Below are positions 47,216-56,680 of a DNA stretch of 64,000 nt, piece by piece. The notes under the pieces were generated by a model. That model did no database searches. It worked only from the letters and a program-made list of their open reading frames with translations, and was not told where the DNA came from. This stretch comes from Bacteroidota bacterium (GTDB lineage: Bacteria; Bacteroidota; Ignavibacteria; UBA10030; UBA8401), in contig SXSI01000020.1 in NCBI GenBank assembly GCA_005792285.1, forward strand, positions 1,327 through 65,326, read 5' to 3'. The translations under genes and the position numbers were made by a program. The number at the start of each line of letters is the position of its first letter. The stretch's first letter is position 1.

Positions 47216-48097
47216 TTATTTCTTAATTAACTTCTTCAGAATTTTCATATTCTCAACATCATCGAGCATGTCTTCTTCTTTTGGGGTTTCAAGAATTTTT
47301 GGAATATGATCGAATCGTTCATCGTTCATCAAAAGTTTAAATCCCAACAAACCAATTTCGCCTTTGCCAATATGTTCATGCCGATCAACTTTTGAAGCGA
47401 GTCCTTTTTTTGAATCATTCACATGAAAGGCGACTAACTTTTCTAATCCAACAATCTCTTCAAATTCTTTAAAGGTTTTTTCATAACCCTTCTCAGTTGA
47501 AATATCATATCCAGCCGCAAAAATATGGCAAGTGTCAATACAAACTGCCATTCTATTTTTTTGTTGGACTCCGGTAATTATTTTATTTATCTGTTCAAAT
47601 TTATAACCAAGAGTTGTTCCTTGCCCGGCAGTAACCTCAACAACACTTAAAACTTTAAAGTTTTTTGTTTTGTCATGAATAATATCGAGACTTTCAATAA
47701 TTTTTTTAAGCCCTTCTTCTTCACCTGCACCAACATGCGCACCAGGATGAAAATTCAAATATGGAATTCCAAGAAGTTCGCACCTTTCAAGTTCGTCTTG
47801 AAATGAAGCTCGCGATTTTTTTAAAATATCTGAATTTGCTGCACAAAGATTTATTAAATAAGAATCATGGGAAACTACACCGCTTAGATCCGCGTCTCCA
47901 ATATTCTTTCTATAATTTTCAATAACTTCATCTTCTAATTTTTTAGCAAACCACTGATTATTATTTTTTGTAAATAATTGCAGAGCTGTACATCCAATTG
48001 AAACAGCTCTTTCTACGGCTTTATGCACACCTCCAGCCGACGACATATGAGCTCCAAGTAATATTTTTTTCTTTTCTTTTTTGGTTTTAACTTTCAT
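47216..48097 (-). CDS. nfo: Endonuclease IV (AP endonuclease family 2)
   Basis: ...LLGAHMSSAGGVHKAVERAVSIGCTALQLFTKNNNQW..., HPGAH, and the metal-binding His/Asp/Glu pattern of Nfo. 293 aa with a Lys-rich N-terminal extension. Confidence 0.85.
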   Translation of the reverse strand: MKVKTKKEKKKILLGAHMSSAGGVHKAVERAVSIGCTALQLFTKNNNQWFAKKLEDEVIENYRKNIGDADLSGVVSHDSYLINLCAANSDILKKSRASFQDELERCELLGIPYLNFHPGAHVGAGEEEGLKKIIESLDIIHDKTKNFKVLSVVEVTAGQGTTLGYKFEQINKIITGVQQKNRMAVCIDTCHIFAAGYDISTEKGYEKTFKEFEEIVGLEKLVAFHVNDSKKGLASKVDRHEHIGKGEIGLLGFKLLMNDERFDHIPKILETPKEEDMLDDVENMKILKKLIKK

Positions 48098-48127
48098 AAT
48101 TATTTAACATAATAGCAAATAACTATA

Positions 48128-49306
48128 ATGGCAACTCTCTCTGAACTTATAAAAAAAAATAATAAAATTGTTGTTGGGTTAATGTCCGGAACATCTGTAG
48201 ATGGTATTGATGCTGCTGTTATTTCGATAAAGGGAAAGGGTGTTTCTACAAAATTTAAACTTCTCTCTTTTGAAACTGTTACCTATCCAAAAAAAATAAA
48301 AGAACTAATTTTATTAAATTCAACTCCTGGGAAAGGGACTGTTGATATTATAAGTTCATTGAATGTTGTTGTTGCTCATTATTTTTCTGATGCTGTAAAA
48401 AAAGCTGTTCATTCTGCGGGGCTTTCAATGAAACAGATTGACTTAATCGGTTCTCATGGTCAGACAATTCATCACATTCCAAATGGAAAAAATATTGGTG
48501 GAAAACTTTACAGATCAACTTTACAAATTGGTGACCCTTCAACAATTGCAAAATTAACCGACGTAACTACTATTGGAGATTTTCGTGTTGCTGATATGGC
48601 TCTCGGTGGACAAGGAGCTCCATTGGTTCCATATTTTGATTGGATAGTTTTCAAATCTAATTTCTCAAACAGAGCGTTGCTTAATATAGGAGGGATTGCG
48701 AACATCACGCTTCTTCCAAAAAAATGTAAAGTTAATGAAGTGCTTGCTTTTGATACTGGTCCCGGGAATATGGTACTTGATGCGTTGATGAAAAGATTTT
48801 TTAATAAAAATTTTGATGACGGCGGGAAAGTTGCTTTTCGTGGTGACATTATTCTTCCATTATTAAATGAATTAAAAAAGCATTCCTATTTCAATCGATT
48901 ATTGCCAAAATCTACCGGTCGTGAAGAATTTGGAATAAAGTTTGTCGAAAAAATAATTCTTAGTTCAAAAGGTTATTCTAAAGAAGATATTATAGCAACT
49001 GTAGCTGATTTAACTGCTTTTACTATTTACGACCAATATAAAAGATTTGCTGAAAAATTTTGTACGATCAATGAGTTGATTGTAAGTGGCGGAGGTGCAA
49101 ATAATTTATTTATTATGAAAAGATTAAAATTTTATTTTTCTAAATCAAAAGTTTTAACTTCAATTTCATTTGGAGTTAATATTGAAACTAAAGAAGCAAT
49201 TTGTTTTGCTCTTCTTGCGAACGAAACAATTTCCGGAAACCCATCAAACATTCCGAATGTAACTGGTGCAAGTAAATCAACTATACTTGGAAAAATTTGC
49301 TTATAA
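48128..49306 (+). CDS. anmK: Anhydro-N-acetylmuramic acid kinase
   Basis: VVGLMSGTSVDGIDAAVISI (AnmK N-terminal signature) and an ASKHA-fold kinase length of 392 aa. Confidence 0.85.
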   Translation: MATLSELIKKNNKIVVGLMSGTSVDGIDAAVISIKGKGVSTKFKLLSFETVTYPKKIKELILLNSTPGKGTVDIISSLNVVVAHYFSDAVKKAVHSAGLSMKQIDLIGSHGQTIHHIPNGKNIGGKLYRSTLQIGDPSTIAKLTDVTTIGDFRVADMALGGQGAPLVPYFDWIVFKSNFSNRALLNIGGIANITLLPKKCKVNEVLAFDTGPGNMVLDALMKRFFNKNFDDGGKVAFRGDIILPLLNELKKHSYFNRLLPKSTGREEFGIKFVEKIILSSKGYSKEDIIATVADLTAFTIYDQYKRFAEKFCTINELIVSGGGANNLFIMKRLKFYFSKSKVLTSISFGVNIETKEAICFALLANETISGNPSNIPNVTGASKSTILGKICL

Positions 49307-49319
49307 TATTCTAAATAAA

Positions 49320-50138
49320 ATGAAGAATAATAAAGATTATTTTCTTGGAACTGATTTAACAGAATTAGAGAGATTAAAACTTCAACACGATATTTGGAAG
49401 CCGTATGTGTTGGAGGCTTGGAAGAGATCAGGAATTTCTTCCGGAAGTAAAGTTATAGATATTGGAGCGGGACCTGGCTACGCTTCTTTTGATCTTTCAC
49501 AAATTGTTGGAGAAGCTGGAGAAGTTTATTCAATCGAACGGTCTGTAAATTTTACAAATTATATTTCAAAAATTAAAGAAGAACAAAATTTGCAAAATTT
49601 AAATGTTTACAATCTTGATTTGATTGCAGATGATTTCCCAAATATAACTGCCCATGCAGCGTGGTGTCGTTGGGTTGCGTGTTTTGTTTCAGATCCAAAA
49701 TTATTAATTGATAAAATTAATAAATCACTTAGAAACGGTGGAGTTGCAATATTTTATGAATACATAAACTATGAATCGTTTAGACTTGTACCACAAAGTA
49801 ATGCTTTAATAACATTTGTAGAAAATGTAGTTAAGAACTGGCGAGAATCTGGTGGCGAGCCAAATATTGCAAATGTTTTGCCAACACTTTTAGCGGAAAA
49901 TGGTTTTAAAATTACTTCAACCAAACCACACGTTTTTAGTGCAACTCCAAGTGATTTAATTTGGCAGTGGCCTTTCACTTTTGTTTATACTCATGTCGAT
50001 AGATTATTTGAACTTGGAAAAGTTTCAAAAGAATGGGTTTCAAATGTTAGAAGTGAATTAATAAATGCACAAAATAACCCTGAATCGTTTTTTATTACAC
50101 CAACTGTTTTGGAAATTATAGCAGAAAAAATAAAATGA
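49320..50138 (+). CDS. Class I SAM-dependent methyltransferase
   Basis: Motif I VIDIGAGPGYASFDL and the acidic motif II. Start moved to the Met at 49320, because the ORF-track start at 49266 overlaps the anmK 3' end. Confidence 0.6.
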   Translation: MKNNKDYFLGTDLTELERLKLQHDIWKPYVLEAWKRSGISSGSKVIDIGAGPGYASFDLSQIVGEAGEVYSIERSVNFTNYISKIKEEQNLQNLNVYNLDLIADDFPNITAHAAWCRWVACFVSDPKLLIDKINKSLRNGGVAIFYEYINYESFRLVPQSNALITFVENVVKNWRESGGEPNIANVLPTLLAENGFKITSTKPHVFSATPSDLIWQWPFTFVYTHVDRLFELGKVSKEWVSNVRSELINAQNNPESFFITPTVLEIIAEKIK

Positions 50139-50166
50139 TAAATCGTTGCTTATTAAAAAATATAAA

Positions 50167-50631
50167 ATGAATATTTTTATCCGTAAAGCACTTATAAATG
50201 ATTCCGAAAGTATAAATTCATTTAATAAAGCAATGGCGTTTGAAACAGAAAATATTACACTTAATGAAACTATTGCAAAAAATGGTGTGCATAATCTTTT
50301 CAACAACCCAAACTACGGTTATTATATTGTTGCAGAAATTGACGCTGTTGTTGTTGGACAATTAATGATTACTTACGAATGGAGTGATTGGAGAAATGGA
50401 CTTTTTCTTTGGATTCAGAGTGTTTATGTTTTACCTGAATTTCGCAATAAAGGAATTTATCGCAAATTATATAATTACGTTTTAGATGAATCTAAAAAGA
50501 ATAGTAATGTTTGTGGAATTAGGTTGTATGTTGAAAGAAATAATAAAAATGCAAGAGAAGTTTATGCTAAACTCGGGATGGAAGAGTCCGATTATACAAT
50601 GTATGAAACTGATTTTGTAATAAAACGATGA
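50167..50631 (+). CDS. GNAT family N-acetyltransferase
   Basis: ...YYIVAEIDAVVVGQLMITYEW...VLPEFRNKGIYRKLYNYV... acetyl-CoA binding motif A (R/Q-x-x-G-x-G/A-like). ATG at 50167 preferred over the TTG at 50146. Confidence 0.6.
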   Translation: MNIFIRKALINDSESINSFNKAMAFETENITLNETIAKNGVHNLFNNPNYGYYIVAEIDAVVVGQLMITYEWSDWRNGLFLWIQSVYVLPEFRNKGIYRKLYNYVLDESKKNSNVCGIRLYVERNNKNAREVYAKLGMEESDYTMYETDFVIKR

Positions 50632-51059
50632 AAAGAAAAACTAATATTTCCAAAAGTCCATTTGATGTAGTTTTAAAATGGATAACTTACTTTAATCAAC
50701 ATGATGCGAATGGACTTGCAACGCTTTATGCCACAAATGCTGTGAATGATCAAGTGGCTGAAAAACCAGTCAAAGGGAAAAAGAGAATTCAGATAATGCT
50801 TGAAGATACTTTTTATACTTTCCCGGATATGACTTGCATCCCTATAAATATTTTACAAGATGGTGAATGGGTTGCTCTTGAGTGGAGTGGTTGGTCAACA
50901 ATGATGAAACCAATTGGAAAAATTAAACCAACTAAAAAGAAATCTTATCAACGTGGTTGTGGATTTTTTAAAATTCAAAAAGGAAAAATTGTTTTACAGC
51001 ATGGCTATTGGGATAAATTAAGTTGGTATAAACAAATTGGAGTAAAAATTGAAAACTAA
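50628..51059 (+). CDS. SnoaL-like / NTF2-fold protein
   Basis: ...VVLKWITYFNQHDANGLATLYATNAV... is the typical start of SnoaL-like polyketide-cyclase/NTF2 domains. 143 aa. Confidence 0.5.
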   Translation: MKRKTNISKSPFDVVLKWITYFNQHDANGLATLYATNAVNDQVAEKPVKGKKRIQIMLEDTFYTFPDMTCIPINILQDGEWVALEWSGWSTMMKPIGKIKPTKKKSYQRGCGFFKIQKGKIVLQHGYWDKLSWYKQIGVKIEN

Positions 51060-52350
51060 ATTAATTTTAATTTTTTTAGTATTTGTTTATAATTTAAACT
51101 CGCAAACTAGTTCTACAAATTTAATATTAATTAAAGTGGGAAAATTAATTGATGTTCGATCGGGAAAAGTTCTTGAATCGCAAGGAATTTTAATTGAAGG
51201 TGAAAAAATTAAAGAGGTTGGCCCTCTTGAAGTTATTTCTAAAACAATCCTAGCCAATACAAAAATAATTGATCTCTCAAATTTTACAGTTCTTCCCGGA
51301 TTAATTGATTGCCACACACATATCGTATTTCAGCCGGAAAATTATTTAAATGATATTTTTAGAAAATCACCAATTGATCATGCGGTAACTGCGCATATTT
51401 ATGCAAGGAAAACTCTTGAAGCTGGATTTACAACTATTCGCGATCTTGGCGCCGGAGAATATGTTGATGTTGCTTTGCGAAATGCAGTGAACTCAGGAAA
51501 AATTATTGGTCCCCGAATGCAAGTTGCAACATTGGCTGTTGGTTCAACTGGTGGCCATGGCGACTTGACTGGATTTTCACCATACATACATTTTAATAAT
51601 TTTGATGGGATTGCAGATGGTGTTGATGAAATTAAAAAACTTATCAGAACAGAAATTAAAAATGGAGCTGATGTTATAAAAATGATTGCAACGGCCGGAG
51701 TCCTTTCCGAAGAAGAATCTGTCGGCGCTCCACAATATTCACAGGAAGAAATGAATGCTGTTGTACAAGAGGCAGCAATGTGGGGAAAAAAAGTTGCAGC
51801 ACATGCACATGGTGCAGAAGGAATTAAGCGTGCAATTAAATCCGGAGTTGCTTCAATTGATCATGGAAGTTTAATTGACGATGAAGGAATTCAGATGATG
51901 ATTAAACGTGGTACATATTTAGTTGCCGATGTTTATAACGACGATTATATTTTAGCAGAATTTTCAACAATGGGTTATCCGCAAAAAATAATTGAAAAAG
52001 AAAGATTGATCGGCAGACTGCAAAGAGAAAATTTTAAAAAAGCTGTGCTTGCGGGAGTTAAAATTGCTTACGGAACAGATGCCGGTGTTTATCCGCATGG
52101 CTGGAATGGAAAACAATTTTTTCACATGGTTCGTTGGGGATTGACGCCGATGCAAGCAATTCAATCCGCAACAATTAATGCTGCTGATCTTCTTGGTTGG
52201 GATGATCGTGTCGGAACAATAGAATCTGGTAAATTTGCAGACATTGTTGCAGTAAGAAATGATCCACTAGTTAATATTTCCGAATTGGAAAATATTAATT
52301 TTGTAATGAAGGGTGGAAGTGTTATTAAAAACGAAACCAATAAAAAATAA
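51049..52350 (+). CDS. Secreted amidohydrolase-superfamily metal-dependent hydrolase
   Basis: Signal peptide. PGLIDCHTHIVF (HxH metal site), later His/Asp ligands (AAHAHGAEG..., YGTDAG). 433 aa. Confidence 0.75.
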   Translation: MKTKLILIFLVFVYNLNSQTSSTNLILIKVGKLIDVRSGKVLESQGILIEGEKIKEVGPLEVISKTILANTKIIDLSNFTVLPGLIDCHTHIVFQPENYLNDIFRKSPIDHAVTAHIYARKTLEAGFTTIRDLGAGEYVDVALRNAVNSGKIIGPRMQVATLAVGSTGGHGDLTGFSPYIHFNNFDGIADGVDEIKKLIRTEIKNGADVIKMIATAGVLSEEESVGAPQYSQEEMNAVVQEAAMWGKKVAAHAHGAEGIKRAIKSGVASIDHGSLIDDEGIQMMIKRGTYLVADVYNDDYILAEFSTMGYPQKIIEKERLIGRLQRENFKKAVLAGVKIAYGTDAGVYPHGWNGKQFFHMVRWGLTPMQAIQSATINAADLLGWDDRVGTIESGKFADIVAVRNDPLVNISELENINFVMKGGSVIKNETNKK

Positions 52351-52381
52351 ATAATTCACTTCAATAATTAAAAAGGAAGAT

Positions 52382-53995
52382 ATGCAAATAATAAATTCAT
52401 GTTTAATAATTAGTTGTTTAATTGCTGGACTAGCCAATGCTCAAAATAGAGACATAAGCTATATGTCCTCTGGTGGAAAATTAAATCCATTGCAAGCCAT
52501 TATGGATATTAGGCATTACACTCTTGTTTTAGATGTTGATATTGAAAACAAAAAAATTGAAGGAAGTAACACAATTGAGTTAGTCCTTTCAAAAAACACA
52601 GATACTTTACTTTTTAATTTGGTTTATTTATTAGAAGTGAAAAAAATTAAAGTAAATGATAAACAAGTAAGTTTTACTCATGCTAATGATAAAATTTATA
52701 TCATTGGTTCAAGTCCTTTTAAAGTGGGAAAACAAATTGTTAAAATTGAATATGGTGGAGAACCTCCTGTTGCTGTGAAGCCGCCGTGGACTGGTGGTTT
52801 TACATGGACAAAAGATAGTTCTGGAAATCCTTGGGTTGCAATAAATTGCCAGAAAGAAGGAGGTGGAATATATTTTCCCTGTAAAGATCATCCGAGTGAC
52901 GAGCCAAATGAAGGGGTTGATATGTTCATAACGGTTCCTGAAAATTTAGTTGTTGCCGGGCCAGGCCTTTTGAAAAAAGTAACTAACAAAAAAAATAAAA
53001 AAACGTACCACTGGAAAACAAATTACACTATTAGCAATTATTGTATCCTCTTCAATATTGGAAAATATAAAGTCGTAAGTAAAGATTATACAACTATTAA
53101 TGGGAATGTAGTCCCAATTCAGTTTTATGTTTTAGAAGAAGATTTTGAGCATGCTCAAAAATTAATTGAATTAAAAGAAAGAGATTCTCGAGTATTAGAA
53201 AAATATTTTGGAGAATATCCATGGGTAAAAGAAAAAATTGGAATAGCAGAAGTTCCCAATTCAGGTATGGAACATCAAACTATGATAACTTTTCAAAATA
53301 AATTTAATTACACCAAAATTGGAGGACATGATTATTCTGCAAATTTGTTTCATGAGTACGCACACGAATGGTGGGCAAATAAAGTAACCAATAAGGATTG
53401 GGCTCATTTGTGGATTCAAGAAGGAATTGCAACTTACTCCGAAGCACTTATCTATTATGAATTAGGTGGTCAAGCGGCTTACGATGAAATTATAGATGGT
53501 CATAAAAGAGGTATAAAATATAAAAAACCAATGGTTGGTGGAGATGAAATGTCCGAAGATGAAACCTATAGTGGTAATGATATTTATACCAAAGGTTCAT
53601 TTTTCATGCATAGTTTACGATACATAATTGGGGATGAAATATTTTTACCAACTATCAAACAATTAGCAACTGATCCAAAATATACTTACGACAATTTTGT
53701 AACCACATCTGATGTTGAGCAATTATTTAGTTCGACAACTAAACAAAACTTAAAACCACTGTTTGATTTTTATACACGAACTACGGATGTATTAGATATT
53801 TCAATTAAACAAACTGGATTTAAAAAATATATTATTAAAATAAATAATTTTTTTATGCCACTACCTTTCGAGGTAACAACTAACAACGTTACTAATAAAG
53901 TTATCATCGACAAAGATGGAATTACTGTAAATAGCACACTTCCTCCTCAAGTAGATGCAAAGGGTTACTATTTAAAAAAGATTCAACTGCAATAA
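52382..53995 (+). CDS. Secreted M1-family (gluzincin) aminopeptidase
   Basis: Signal peptide. HEXXH-(18)-E zinc site FHEYAHEWWANKVT...WIQEGIATY. Exopeptidase GxMEH-like GMEHQTM. Confidence 0.8.
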   Translation: MQIINSCLIISCLIAGLANAQNRDISYMSSGGKLNPLQAIMDIRHYTLVLDVDIENKKIEGSNTIELVLSKNTDTLLFNLVYLLEVKKIKVNDKQVSFTHANDKIYIIGSSPFKVGKQIVKIEYGGEPPVAVKPPWTGGFTWTKDSSGNPWVAINCQKEGGGIYFPCKDHPSDEPNEGVDMFITVPENLVVAGPGLLKKVTNKKNKKTYHWKTNYTISNYCILFNIGKYKVVSKDYTTINGNVVPIQFYVLEEDFEHAQKLIELKERDSRVLEKYFGEYPWVKEKIGIAEVPNSGMEHQTMITFQNKFNYTKIGGHDYSANLFHEYAHEWWANKVTNKDWAHLWIQEGIATYSEALIYYELGGQAAYDEIIDGHKRGIKYKKPMVGGDEMSEDETYSGNDIYTKGSFFMHSLRYIIGDEIFLPTIKQLATDPKYTYDNFVTTSDVEQLFSSTTKQNLKPLFDFYTRTTDVLDISIKQTGFKKYIIKINNFFMPLPFEVTTNNVTNKVIIDKDGITVNSTLPPQVDAKGYYLKKIQLQ

Positions 53996-55626
53996 TGAAA
54001 ATCAAACATTATTTTTTATTTATTGTTTTACTATTATCAGCAAGAAATATTTTTGCAGATAACTATCCTCGCAATTATTCAATTGATATAATTCATTACT
54101 CTTTTAAATTAAATTTATTTGATAATACAGATGAAATTATAGGCAGCGCTTTTATTTCAATTTTGTTTAAAAAAAATGACATTAAACAAGTAAGACTCGA
54201 TTTAATAAATAAAAGCGAACAAAGACAAGGAATGGGAATGTCGGTAGAATCAGTTACTTGCAATAATCAAAGCATTCCTTATACACATACTCGCGATGAA
54301 TTAATAATTCAGGTTGCAACTCTAGTTGAAAAAGATAAAATATTAACTTTTGTAATTCAATATAAAGGGAAACCTGCAGATGGTTTGAAAATAGGTCCAA
54401 CAAAATTTGGGGATCGAAGTTTTTTTTGTGAGAATTGGCCGAATAGAACTAGGCATTGGTTGCCAACAGTAGATCATCCATATGATAAAGCAACTTCCGA
54501 ATTCATTGTGAAAGCGCCGGCTCATTATAAAGTAGTATCAAATGGATTATTAATTGAAGAATCTATGATTGATCAAAACACAAAACTAACTCATTGGAAA
54601 CAATCTGTTCCAGTTTCATGTTGGTTATTTGTTTTAGGTGTGGCTGAATTTGCAGTTCAATATGTCGATGATTTTAATGGGAAATCAATTCAAACGTGGG
54701 TTTATCCAAAAGATAGAGAAGCTGGATTTTATGATTTTGCTGAACCAACTAAACAAATATTGCAATTTTATTCGGATTATGTAGGTCCTTATGTTTATGA
54801 AAAACTTGCCAATATTCAATCTCCAAGTGTTGGTGGAGGAATGGAAACTTCATCTGCAATTTTTTATGGTGAAAATTTAATCAATGGAAAAAGAACTGAA
54901 AGATTAAGAAATATAGTTATACACGAAGTAGCTCATCAATGGTTTGGAAACGCAATTACCGAATCAACTTGGGATGATGCGTGGCTAAGTGAAGGTTTTG
55001 CAACTTATTTTACTTTATTATTTATTGAAAACGCTTATGGCTATGAAGAGTATCTTAAGGGAATAAAAAATGCAAAAAAATCAGTTTATGATTACAACAA
55101 AAAAGATTCCACATTTAGCATTGTAAGTAATCGAACAGCCGAAACTGATCCAGTAACAAGTTCTATTACATATCAAAAAGGTGCGTGGGTGTTACATATG
55201 TTAAGGGATTTAATTGGCCATGAGAATTTTAGAAAAGGGATTCAAGCATACTATAAAAAGTTTATGAATTTAAATGTTACTACTGGTGATTTTATTGATG
55301 AGATGGAAAAAGTTTCCAGTAAAAATCTAAAACCATTTTTTAATCAGTGGCTAAATAATTCGGTGGCTTTAAAGATAAAAGGGAGCTGGGATTATGATGC
55401 TACTTCAAAAAATATAATTATCAAGCTACAACAAACTCAGTCATCTGGATTTATTTTTGATGTCCCTGTTGAAATTGTTATTTATGATAATGGTGCGATT
55501 CCTAAAAACTTAAAATATACATTAAATACAAAACAGACAGAATACAGAATTCCAGCAGAAGTAAAACCAAGTTTAATATTACTCGATCCCCGAACTGTAT
55601 TATTGGCAGAAATTGATTTTAAATAA
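53995..55626 (+). CDS. Secreted M1-family (gluzincin) aminopeptidase, paralogue
   Basis: Signal peptide. IHEVAHQWFGNAIT...WLSEGFATY zinc site. GGMETS exopeptidase motif. Start overlaps the upstream M1 gene stop. Confidence 0.8.
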   Translation: MKIKHYFLFIVLLLSARNIFADNYPRNYSIDIIHYSFKLNLFDNTDEIIGSAFISILFKKNDIKQVRLDLINKSEQRQGMGMSVESVTCNNQSIPYTHTRDELIIQVATLVEKDKILTFVIQYKGKPADGLKIGPTKFGDRSFFCENWPNRTRHWLPTVDHPYDKATSEFIVKAPAHYKVVSNGLLIEESMIDQNTKLTHWKQSVPVSCWLFVLGVAEFAVQYVDDFNGKSIQTWVYPKDREAGFYDFAEPTKQILQFYSDYVGPYVYEKLANIQSPSVGGGMETSSAIFYGENLINGKRTERLRNIVIHEVAHQWFGNAITESTWDDAWLSEGFATYFTLLFIENAYGYEEYLKGIKNAKKSVYDYNKKDSTFSIVSNRTAETDPVTSSITYQKGAWVLHMLRDLIGHENFRKGIQAYYKKFMNLNVTTGDFIDEMEKVSSKNLKPFFNQWLNNSVALKIKGSWDYDATSKNIIIKLQQTQSSGFIFDVPVEIVIYDNGAIPKNLKYTLNTKQTEYRIPAEVKPSLILLDPRTVLLAEIDFK

Positions 55627-55631
55627 AAAAA

Positions 55632-56648
55632 TTAATTTACACTTCTTCCTACAGCAGTAGCAATTGGTTTTATATCTTTTACTAATTGTGAAAACGAATC
55701 AAAGCGTATTGATTGGTCGCCATCAGATTCCGCTTTTTCGGGGCGTGGATGAACTTCGATAATTAAACCGTCGGCACCGCAAGCAATTGCTGCTCTACTC
55801 ATTGGCATCACCAAATCACTTTTACCTGTTGCGTGACTCGGATCTGCAATAATTGGTAAATGCGAAAGTTGTTTTATAACCGGAATAATATTTAGATCAA
55901 AAGTATTTCGAGTGTATTCAACAAAAGTACGAATTCCCCTTTCGCATAAAATTACCTGATCATTTCCACCTGAAAGAAGATATTCGGCAGCCATTAAAAA
56001 TTCCAAAAGAGTTGCAGAAAAATTTCGCTTTAATAAAATTGGTTTTTTTATTTTAGAAAGTGTTCGAAGTAATCTTGTGTTTTGCATATTACGCGCGCCT
56101 ACTTGAATTAAATCTGCATAATCAGCAACCAAATCAACGTCATCGGATTCCATAACTTCTGTAACAATTTTTAATCCCGTTTTTTCTTTTGCTTTTCGAA
56201 GAAGTTTTAATCCATCCTCACCGAGTCCTTGAAATGAATATGGACTTGTTCGTGGTTTATAAGCACCACCTCGTAGAATTTTTGCTCCCCCTTTTTTTAC
56301 TGCTTCAGCGGTTGAAATAATTTGCTTTTCGTTTTCCACAGAACATGGTCCAGCCATAATTATTATTTCGTTCCCGCCAACTTTAACTTCTTCTATATTA
56401 ACAACTGTATTTTCTTTTTTAAATTCTCTGCTAACAAGTTTATATGGTTTTAATATGGGAATAACATTTTCAACTTTGGGAAGTAATGCAAACTGTTCTC
56501 GGGATATTTTTCTTTCATCGCCAATAACCCCGATAATAGTACGTTCTACTCCCTTTGAAATGTGTGCTTGAAAACCAAGTTGCTCAATTTTTTCAACAAC
56601 ATGTTGAATGTCTTGTTTGCTTGCCAGTGGTTGAAAAACTATTATCAT
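55632..56648 (-). CDS. 3-deoxy-7-phosphoheptulonate (DAHP) synthase, class I-beta, with an N-terminal regulatory domain
   Basis: Catalytic (beta/alpha)8 region with ...IMAGPCSVE...KILRGGAYKPRTSPYSFQGLG...ERGIRTF.... About 75-aa ferredoxin-like N-terminal extension as in Thermotoga-type DAH7PS. Confidence 0.7.
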   Translation of the reverse strand: MIIVFQPLASKQDIQHVVEKIEQLGFQAHISKGVERTIIGVIGDERKISREQFALLPKVENVIPILKPYKLVSREFKKENTVVNIEEVKVGGNEIIIMAGPCSVENEKQIISTAEAVKKGGAKILRGGAYKPRTSPYSFQGLGEDGLKLLRKAKEKTGLKIVTEVMESDDVDLVADYADLIQVGARNMQNTRLLRTLSKIKKPILLKRNFSATLLEFLMAAEYLLSGGNDQVILCERGIRTFVEYTRNTFDLNIIPVIKQLSHLPIIADPSHATGKSDLVMPMSRAAIACGADGLIIEVHPRPEKAESDGDQSIRFDSFSQLVKDIKPIATAVGRSVN

Positions 56649-56680
56649 TTATATTTTCGCTTTATTTAGTGAGAAATAAA

